Source: an uncultured Verrucomicrobiae bacterium
GTDB lineage: Bacteria > Verrucomicrobiota > Verrucomicrobiia > Chthoniobacterales > UBA10450
Direction of reading: 5' to 3'
DNA: 64,000 nt
Assembly (NCBI GenBank): GCA_963784865.1
Contig: CAWATC010000012.1
Span: forward strand, 15,578-79,577
The notes under the pieces were generated by a model. It was not told the origin of the DNA. It saw nothing but the letters and a program-made list of their open reading frames with translations, and searched no databases. Below, one piece after another: positions 56,765-64,000 of this stretch. Numbering within the stretch: the stretch's first letter is position 1; each line of letters opens with the position of its first letter. The position numbers were made by a program, and so were the translations under genes.

Positions 56765-57685
56765 TGGTAGGTGGTGAGTCGTGCTTTATAGGGAACTTGT
56801 CCGTTGAGCAGGATGTTGGCTGCTTTGTAACCGCGATTGCGTGTACTTCGGGTCGGACGTGGAGAGATCGATCGCCGCGACGAACCGGTAGTAAAGCGCG
56901 CCCGCCGGAGTGGCTGGTATGCTGAAGGGTTTCGGATTGGTAATGTCGGTGACGATGTCGCGAGCCGCCGCATCGCTCTCCTTTTTCCATTGGAGTGTGT
57001 AGACAGTCGGAGGGCCGGCGCTAGCCTGGACCACCCTATAGGAGCAGCGATCGGTAATGTAGCAGACTACGTCTCCCGTGGGACTGGGGTCGGCCCGGCG
57101 GTTGTGCCTTGAATCCGCACCGGTAACTTCGTCCCACTAGGCGATGGAGCAGGCGACGGAGCAGGTGACGGAGCGGGCATATTAGCGAGTGTGACCGTTA
57201 AGTTGTCCCAGGTTCCAGTTACCGCCGTGATATCGCCTTCAATCTGATGGGTCGGAATAATTAGCTTTTGGTTCACCACAGGCAGCGGAGAGGTACTGCT
57301 TGGCAGCCTAATTTTGACGAAATTTTGACTCCCTGGCATCGCCGCCGTGTCCGCGATAACCTTGAATGGCCCCATTGACCATTGCTGGAAGGAAATGCCC
57401 TCCGCAGAGATCGGGGTCGATCCAGCTTGGGGTGCCGGATACGGCGTGCCGGTGGCATTTGTCAATGCGGGCAACGACACGGCTTCGTGCAGGTCTGCGA
57501 TCATTTTCAGCATGGCTACCCGGGCCTGCTGATGCGCGGTGTTCACGGCTGTGTTCTTGGCGCCCAGAATGGTGCCGATGTTCAAGAGCGAATAGATGAT
57601 GAGACCAAGAACTCCGACCAGCCCGGCCGTAACCGACAATTCAACCAAGGTCAGACCGCTCCGCGATCGGAGAATGAATTTTCAT
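56761..57685 (-). pseudogene. Prepilin-type N-terminal cleavage/methylation-domain protein (pseudopilin), frame-disrupted (about 3 shifts)
   Basis: After removing one A from the A4 run following the ATG, the N-terminus reads 'MKFILRSRSG|LTLVELSVTAGLVGV'. The C-terminus, '...TVYTLQWKKESDAAARDIV...LLNGQVPYKARLTTYQ*', lies in other frames. Confidence 0.6.
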
Positions 57686-58366
57686 ATGTCGGAAGAACGA
57701 ATCGCGGTCATTGATAGCTGGTACTCCCAACGATTGCGCGCCGCGTTCCAGATTGGTCCGCGCCCCAGGTATTGGTACCCGATGGTGAATACGGCCTTAT
57801 ACGTGTTAGGCATGGAGGCGGTGGAAATGTCGGTCACCGTGGACGTCATCGTGCCTTTGACGATAATTCCGCCGGTCGTGTCCGCGACCCACGTTGGTGC
57901 AGTCGTTTGCAAGCGCCAGTAAGTCTGGGTATCGCTTTGATAGGCAAGCTGCCCAACGTCGCTCGCCACCAATCCAGTTGCCCCTGTGCGAGCGGCGGCA
58001 TTGGCATAGGTCCAGCGTGCGGGCTCGCGATAAACTGGCCACGGGTCGGGTTGGTTCGATGACTACTCCGGTGCTCGGGTCTTTGTAGGCGATTGTATGC
58101 GTTCCGACGGTCATATCGTAAGTACCATCGGCATCCCTCGGAATCTGGTTCTTGCTTGGCTGCGGATTGAATGGGCTCATCGATTGGAATAGGTCGACCT
58201 GATTCATCACGACTGCCGCAGCGCCCGTCGCATTGCGGCTCGTCGCCGCAATCTGATTGAACTTGGTCAGCGCTCCTATGGTATAGGCGACGCCCACTCC
58301 GATGAGAGTGACCCCGACGACGGCCTCGACCAGGGTAAAACCACCTGCCTTGAAACGACCTGCCAT
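57682..58366 (-). pseudogene. Prepilin-type N-terminal cleavage/methylation-domain protein (pseudopilin), frame-disrupted (about 2 shifts)
   Basis: The start is 'MAGRFKAGG|FTLVEAVVGVTLIGVGVAY'. The C-terminal part, '...YWRLQTTAPTWVADTTGGIIVKG...', lies in the ORF 57682-57972 frame. Confidence 0.65.
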
Positions 58367-58893
58367 TGTATGACGTTTATAGAAAACCACAGAACCTTGG
58401 AAGCAACACCAGTGCCAACTTGCAGTGGTTTTCTCCTCCCCGGGGCCGTGCCGGAATTGTCCAACGAAGAATCAAGTTTTCGAAATACGCGCCACGAGCC
58501 AGGGAAGTCCCGCTTCGGGGGCGCCGGGCTGCGGCGGTGGAATCTTTGGAATTGCTTTCGAGGCGCGTTCCAGTGCTCCAAAGCTGCCGCAACCACAAAG
58601 CAAGGTGGCGCCCCGCGCGTTTGGCGTTTTGGCCAAGGCGACGGAAAGGGTCTGAGTAGAAGGTCATTACCACCCGCTTTTGGACACATGCCAGGCGTGC
58701 GCAATCTGCGAGCTAATGAATCGCACGCGCTAACAAATCGGTTGACACCGGCTCGGGGCACCCACAAAGTCTCGACTCCCTTTCTCCGCCGATGCTCGCC
58801 TCAACGACTATCCCTTCCATTCTTGCCGGCGCCGGACCGGCGATCCTCCAGTTCCCTACGGAAACGACCCGTGCCGTCCGTTCTCTACGAAAT

Positions 58894-59115
58894 ATGACCG
58901 CCCAACTCCTGCAGGACGCAGCTCAAGTGATCCCGAATCAGCAACTCCTGATCAACGTTGTTTCCCGACGCGTGCGGCAGCTCGGCTTGGGCCATCGTCC
59001 GCTCGTCGAAGCCACTCCACGTTCCTCGCTGACTGACATCGCGCTCCGCGAAATTATCGACGGGAAACTGACCTACGAGTTGACGCCGGAAAGCAAGCCC
59101 GCTGAGGGCGTATAG
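58894..59115 (+). CDS. rpoZ: DNA-directed RNA polymerase subunit omega
   Basis: The start is 'MTAQLLQDAAQVIPNQQLLINVVSRRVRQLGLGHRPLVE...DIALREIIDGKL'. Size (73 aa) and pattern fit RpoZ. Confidence 0.7.
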   Translation: MTAQLLQDAAQVIPNQQLLINVVSRRVRQLGLGHRPLVEATPRSSLTDIALREIIDGKLTYELTPESKPAEGV

Positions 59116-59214
59116 CATCGGCAACTGCCGGAAATCTGGCGGCTCCCGTGTCTCCCTCAGACGCCGCGGCCAGTCGGCCAGTTCGTCAGAGGTAGCCTGT
59201 GCTACGTTTTTCTC

Positions 59215-59675
59215 ATGGCGACTGACACCATTCTCAATCGCAAGGCTCTCCGCGATTTTCACATCCTCGAACGCTACGAAGCCGGCATCGAGTTGAAGGG
59301 CAGTGAGGTCAAGTCAATCCGCGCCGGCAAGGCGAACATCAGCGACGCTTTTGCCCGCATCGAGAAGGGCGAGGCCTTTCTCTACAACGCGGACATCCAG
59401 CCCTACGAACGCGCCAGTCACGAGATTCCCGCCGCCAAGCGGGTGCGGCGTCTCCTGCTCCACAAGAAGGAAATCGACAAACTCTATGGTGAGACCGCCG
59501 TCGCCGGCCGGACGCTTGTCATCCTGAGCATCTATTGGAAAAAAGGGCGGCTGAAAGCGGAGATCGGTGTCGCCACGGCAAGGTCGCTCACGACAAGCGC
59601 GCCGATCTCAAGAAACGCGCGACCGATCGCGAGACCGAGCGCGAGGTCGCACGCTTCAATCGCCGGCACGCCTAG
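59215..59675 (+). pseudogene. smpB: SsrA-binding protein, frame-disrupted (one shift near 59575)
   Basis: 'NRKALRDFHILERYEAGIELKGSEVKSIR', 'RRLLLHKKEIDKL' and 'LSIYWKKGRLKAEIGVA' are followed in another frame by 'GKVAHDKRADLKKRATDRETEREVARFNRRHA*'. Confidence 0.85.
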
Positions 59676-59690
59676 CCAACGTTCCTCGTC

Positions 59691-60917
59691 ATGTCTCGCG
59701 CGCGCTCCCCGCTCTTCGTCCTCTTCCTCACCGTCTTCATCGACATGGTGGGTTTCGGCATCATCATTCCGGTGCTGCCGCTCTACGCCGAGCACTTTCA
59801 CGCTTCGCCCGTCGCGATCGGCTGGCTCACCGGAATTTATTCCGGCATGCAGATCATCTTCACGCCGATCCTCGGCAAACTTTCCGATCGCTTCGGACGC
59901 CGTCCGATCCTGATGCTCAGCCTGGCCGGCACCGCGGTCGGCTTCGCACTCATGGGCATGGCGCACACGCTCCTGCTCCTCTTCGTCGCGCGAATTATCG
60001 CCGGCATCACCGGCGGCAATATCTCCATCCCGCAAGCCTATATCGCCGACGTGACCACTCCCGAGACGCGCTCGAAATGGATGGGCATGATTGGCGCCGC
60101 CTTCGGCCTCGGCTTTACCTTTGGCCCGATGATCGGCGGAATCATGAGCCGCATCTCCTACAGCGCGCCCTTCTATTTCGCCGCTGCGCTTGCCGTCGCG
60201 AATGTCGTCCTCCTCTACTTCATCCTGCCGGAAAGCCTGCCGAAAGAGCATCGCGCCAAACCGCATGAAGACGCTCCCATCGCGGAAGTCTTTCGTCACG
60301 GTTCGGGCTGGATGTTCGGCATCGTGGTCGCGACTTATTTTTTCCTCATCGCCGGGTTCGCGATCATGACCACGCTCTTCGCGCTCTTCACGGAGAAGCG
60401 CTTCGGCTACGACGCGCACGCGAATGGTTATCTCTTCGGCTTTATCGGAATCATGACCGTGATCGTGCAGGGCGGATTGATCGGGCGACTGGTGAAAATA
60501 TTTGGCGAGACCGCGCTGGCCCGCACCGGTCTGCTGATCACCGCCGCTGCGCTCGCCCTCATGCCCTGGTGCGGCAACCTCACGTGGCTGCTCGTCGCCT
60601 GCGTCGGCCTCTCGTTAGGCAGCGGCTTCGCCAGCCCGCCTTTGAACGGACTCGCCTCCCAGATGATTGATCGCAGCTGGCAGGGCCGCGCCCTCGGCGT
60701 GATGCAATCCGCCGGCAGCACCGCGCGCCTCCTTGGCCCGCTGATCGGCGGCTCGCTCCTCATGCTCGATCTCCACAAGCCGCTGTCGCATTACGGTGAG
60801 ACACCGTTCTATGCCGCGGCCTTTCTCTGCCTGGTCGGAGCGGGGCTCGCATTTTGTTTGAAGAAACCGGCGGCAGATCGGGTTCCGGAAACGATTCCAG
60901 CAGGTTCCACGATTTAG
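59691..60917 (+). CDS. MFS transporter (drug:H+ antiporter-like, 12 TM)
   Basis: Intact 408-aa ORF with the MFS motif A context 'GKLSDRFGRRPILML' and 12 hydrophobic segments. Confidence 0.85.
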   Translation: MSRARSPLFVLFLTVFIDMVGFGIIIPVLPLYAEHFHASPVAIGWLTGIYSGMQIIFTPILGKLSDRFGRRPILMLSLAGTAVGFALMGMAHTLLLLFVARIIAGITGGNISIPQAYIADVTTPETRSKWMGMIGAAFGLGFTFGPMIGGIMSRISYSAPFYFAAALAVANVVLLYFILPESLPKEHRAKPHEDAPIAEVFRHGSGWMFGIVVATYFFLIAGFAIMTTLFALFTEKRFGYDAHANGYLFGFIGIMTVIVQGGLIGRLVKIFGETALARTGLLITAAALALMPWCGNLTWLLVACVGLSLGSGFASPPLNGLASQMIDRSWQGRALGVMQSAGSTARLLGPLIGGSLLMLDLHKPLSHYGETPFYAAAFLCLVGAGLAFCLKKPAADRVPETIPAGSTI

Positions 60918-60960
60918 CTTTCGCTCGATGAAGACGAAGCGCGATGGGGTTTGAGGTGCG

Positions 60961-61513
60961 GTGAGCGGCAAGCGTCTCTTCGTCGCAATTGATTTGCCCG
61001 AGGCGGTGACGTCGCTCCTCGTTAGGCTGGACCCGCATCTGCCCGGTGTCCGCTGGCTCCGCCCTGAGCAGATGCATCTCACCCTGAGCTTTCTTGGCAA
61101 TGTCGGACCCGACGCCGAAGAAGCACTGCGGGAGAAATTGCGGGTCATCCGCTTTCAGAGCTTCTTCCTGCCGGTGGCCGGTCTGGGCACTTTTCCGGCG
61201 AAGGGAAAACCGAAGGTCATCTGGACGGGCGTGGGCTCTGGACATCCGCAGCTCTTCCGGGTCTACAAACGCGTGCAGGAAGCCGCGCTGGGCGCGGGTC
61301 TCGAGCCGGAACTCCGCGCCTGGCATCCTCACATCACGATTGCCCGCTGCCGCGATGTCTCCGCGGAATCGGTCCGCCCGTTTCTGAAGAGCGAACGCTG
61401 AGTTCGATGCTGGTTTGACGCGCGTGGAGCGCTTCGCGCTCTTCTCCAGCGCACCTGGTCCGCTCGGTTCCGCTTACACGCGCGAGCTGGAAATTTTCGC
61501 GCGCGAATTGTAG
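60961..61513 (+). pseudogene. thpR: RNA 2',3'-cyclic phosphodiesterase (ThpR/LigT 2H family), frame-disrupted (one shift near 61395)
   Basis: It has a GTG start and the 2H motifs 'MHLTLSFLG' and 'HPHITIARC'. The tail 'FDAGLTRVERFALFSS...' lies in the next frame and ends at TAG 61511-61513. Confidence 0.75.
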
Positions 61514-61560
61514 GCTCTTGTCAGACGCGAGCCGAGTGGCGTTCACAGAAACGCCAGCAA

Positions 61561-62056
61561 TCATTCCAGCGGCGGCTCAAATTTCTCTTCGTGCCGTGGG
61601 ACGAGTTTGTTTTTCTCGATAATCCGGGCGCACGTGTTCCAGCGCAGCAGGGCATCGTCGTTCCCCGGCGGACGGATCTCTTCCGCTTTTTCGAAGCATT
61701 CCATCGCTTCGCGGAAGAGGTCATAAGCCCACTGGACTCGCGTGGCCCCCTGCGTCAGTTTCATCTTCGCCCGGCGCTCGGCCACAATGCCTGCGTAGTA
61801 GGCGCGCTCATATTCTCCCTTCAGCCGCGCCAACAATTCCTTCGCCTGCGTGTCGCTCACGCCGTAGCCTTTGCCGAAACGATCGGTCACCGCGAGCAGA
61901 AGCATGATCAGCGCCTGCTGGTTTTCCGGATCGGCCTTCAGCACATCGAGGCAGATGCTTTCCGCTTCGGCCGGCTCGTTGAGCAAGCGATAGCGCTCCG
62001 CCTTTTCCAGCGCGGCCGGAATCGCTTCCTCGGAAAGTGGTCTTCAGTTCAGACAT
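61561..62056 (-). pseudogene. Hypothetical helical (TPR-like) protein, frame-disrupted just after the start
   Basis: 'MSELKTTF' is followed in another frame by 'EEAIPAALEKAERYRLLNEPAEAESICLDVLKADPENQQALIML...'. Confidence 0.4.
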
Positions 62057-62132
62057 GGTGTCACTGGCTTCGTTGACTGGTTGCCGCTCGATCGCAAGCG
62101 CCGCAACTGTCTTCCACAGCCATCCCAGCGGA

Positions 62133-62849
62133 TCATAATAATCGATCCACCACGCGTTCCTTCAGCGGAATGATCGCGTTGTCGGTGATCTTGATATTCT
62201 CCGGGCAGACCTTCGTGCAGCACTTGGTGATGTTGCAATAGCCGATGCCCTGCGCCTCTCGCAATTCCTCGACGCGATTCTCGGTGTCGAGCGGATGCAT
62301 CTCGAGCGCGGCCACGTAAACAAGAAAGCGCGGCCCGATAAATTCGTCGTGCTTGTGATGATCGCGCAGCACGTGGCAGACATCCTGGCAAAGAAAGCAT
62401 TCGATGCATTTCCGGAATTCCTGCACGCGATCGATGTCCTCCTGCTGCATCCGCCACGTGCCATCCGGCGCATCCGGCGGGCGCGGCTTGAATTTCTTGA
62501 TCTTTTTCTTCACGCGAAAATTCCACGAAACATCGGTGATCAGATCTTTGACGAGTGGAAACGCTTTCATCGGCTCGAACGTCACCGGTTTTTCGAGCGG
62601 CAGATCGCTCAGCCGCGTCATGCACATCAGCTTCGGCATGCCGTTGATTTCCGCGGAACACGAGCCGCATTTGCCGGCCTTGCAGTTCCATCGACAGGCG
62701 AGGTCGTTCGCCTGCGTCGCCTGAATGTGATTGACCGCATCGAGCACGACCATGCCTTCGGAAACGCCGGTCGTGTAATCGCGGAATTCGCCGCCCTGCG
62801 CATCGCCGCGCCAGATTCTGGAAGGTGCGCCTGTTTCTGTCGCGCTCAT
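62133..62849 (-). CDS. sdhB: Succinate dehydrogenase / fumarate reductase iron-sulfur subunit
   Basis: Intact 238-aa ORF with Cys clusters 'CRWNCKAGKCGSCSAEING', 'CIECFLCQDVCH' and 'CCTKVCPENI'. Its start forms an ATGA overlap with the sdhA stop. Confidence 0.85.
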   Translation of the reverse strand: MSATETGAPSRIWRGDAQGGEFRDYTTGVSEGMVVLDAVNHIQATQANDLACRWNCKAGKCGSCSAEINGMPKLMCMTRLSDLPLEKPVTFEPMKAFPLVKDLITDVSWNFRVKKKIKKFKPRPPDAPDGTWRMQQEDIDRVQEFRKCIECFLCQDVCHVLRDHHKHDEFIGPRFLVYVAALEMHPLDTENRVEELREAQGIGYCNITKCCTKVCPENIKITDNAIIPLKERVVDRLL

Positions 62850-64000
62850 TTCATCTCCTCAATGATCTGCTTCAAATCCTCCGGCATCTCCGGCAGCGGC
62901 TCCAGCCGGACTTCCATCGCTCCGTCGCCGCCTTTCGAATCATCGTGTTCACTTTCGCGAAGCGTTCGTCCTTCTCCGGATAATCTTCGCGAAATTGTGC
63001 GCCGCGGCTTTCCTTTCGCTCCAGCGCGGCGCGCGTGATCGCTTCGGAAACGGTGAGCAGATTCTTCAGGTCGAGCGCGGTGTGCCAGCCGGGATTGAAA
63101 TCGCGATTGCCGGTGACACCGACCCGGCCGGCGCGTTCCCAAAATACTTTCAAATGATCGAGCGCCGCTCGCATTTCGCCTTCGTCACGCACGATGCCGA
63201 CATTATGTTGCATCATCTCCTGCAAATCGCGCTGCACCGTGTACGGATTCTCGCCCGCGCTGTTCTCGAATGGTTGCAACGCCTCCCGCGCGTGCACGTC
63301 GATCTTGTCATTGTCGATCTTGCCGTGCGGATTTTCCTTGCGCGAATTTCGCGGCGAATTCGCCGGCGCGTTTTCCGAAGACAATGAGATCGGAGAGCGA
63401 ATTGCCGCCAAGCCGATTCGCGCCATTGATTCCCGCGGCGCATTCACCGGCGGCAAATAATCCCGGCACGTCCGACATTTGCGTGTCGGCATTCACATGC
63501 ACGCCGCCCATGATGTAATGCGTCGTCGGCCCGACCTCCATCGGCTCGCTGCGTGATATCGACATCGCCGAGCTGCTTTGAACTGGTGATACATGCTCGG
63601 CAGCTTGCGTTTGATGTGCTCTTCCGCGTTCGGCAGTCTTTTCTTGATCCACGAGATGTCGAGATAGACGCCGCCGTGCGGAGTCCCGCGCCCTTCCTTG
63701 ATCTCGCGCACGATGCAACGCGCCACGTGATCGCGCGTGAGTAATTCCGGCGGGCGCCGCGCGTTCTTGTCGCCCTGCGTGTAACGCCAGCCTTCTTCTT
63801 CGTTGTCGGCCGTCTGCGCTTTGTAGTTGTCCGGAATGAAATCGAACATGAAACGCTTGCCGTCGGCGTTCGTCAGGATGCCGCCTTCGCCGCGCACGCC
63901 TTCGGTCACGAGCATTCCCGAAACGCTCGGCGGCCAGACCATCCCGGTGGGATGAAATTGAATGAACTCCATGTCGATCAACGCCGCGCCGGCGTGATAG
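62846..64000 (-). pseudogene. sdhA: Succinate dehydrogenase / fumarate reductase flavoprotein subunit. Only the C-terminal part is in the window, and it is frame-disrupted (at least 4 shifts)
   Basis: '[10 protein letters not shown]', '[11 protein letters not shown]', '[11 protein letters not shown]', 'GLFAAGECA...[10 protein letters not shown]' and 'ESRGAQFREDYPE' are present. The gene continues past position 64000. Confidence 0.85.

Noticed and set aside
58470-58530. A possible RNase P RNA, suggested by 'AGGGAAGTCCCGC' resembling the conserved GGAAAGTCCGG box
   Set aside because: The match is imperfect. The surrounding roughly 400 nt lack the other universally conserved RNase P blocks that I can recall.
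59215-59700. A tmRNA (ssrA) gene adjacent to smpB
   Set aside because: No tRNA-Ala-like acceptor/T-arm end and no tag-peptide reading frame were found in the flanks. smpB is followed directly by the MFS transporter gene.

Overview
This is a high-GC bacterial chromosomal window with about 60 protein-coding genes, one tRNA and no rRNA. I found no CRISPR array, transposase or integrase. The gene content suggests a Verrucomicrobiota-like organism, based on prepilin-type 'G|FTLVE' proteins, a bS22-like mini-protein and many TPR proteins. That assignment is inference only.

Layout:
- 1-16.7 kb: a glycan-biosynthesis locus. It holds an SDR epimerase, a GT2, several SAM methyltransferases and a complete four-enzyme GDP-D-glycero-alpha-D-manno-heptose pathway (GHMP kinase, nucleotidyltransferase, SIS isomerase, HAD phosphatase) plus a transaldolase. 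It also holds a WcbI-like/GSCFA fusion protein, an 882-aa dual GT2+GT4 enzyme, a methyltransferase with a repeat-containing coiled coil, and another glycosyltransferase.
- 16.7-64 kb: mostly housekeeping and envelope genes. These include an FtsX-type permease with an AttH-like protein, rpmH, a GNAT, an M50 protease, pepN, an ECF sigma/anti-sigma pair, glf, uppP, purA, uppS, acs, a dodecin, thrB, lpxK and a stand-alone LigD polymerase domain. Further genes are a nitrilase-family hydrolase, ggt, lolE-like, an Hsp70, TPR proteins, an AI-2E transporter, bcp, a His-rich metal transporter, tRNA-Pro, a pseudopilin operon, rpoZ, smpB, an MFS transporter, thpR and sdhBA.

The dominant technical feature is frame disruption. 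Roughly half of the genes, including essential ones, are broken by frameshifts, often in compensating pairs. This is most simply explained by indel errors in the assembly. In contrast, a 7.8 kb block of the glycan locus (7002-14805) is completely intact.

The most interesting biology is the methyltransferase-coiled-coil protein, which is translationally coupled to the dual glycosyltransferase. It is a candidate WbdD/WbdA-like chain-terminator and molecular-ruler module. Also of interest are a domain shared by two glycosyltransferases, the heptose/WcbI-like gene combination, several short unlisted genes (rpmH, a bS22-like protein, an acidic mini-ORF) and dispersed palindromic intergenic repeats.
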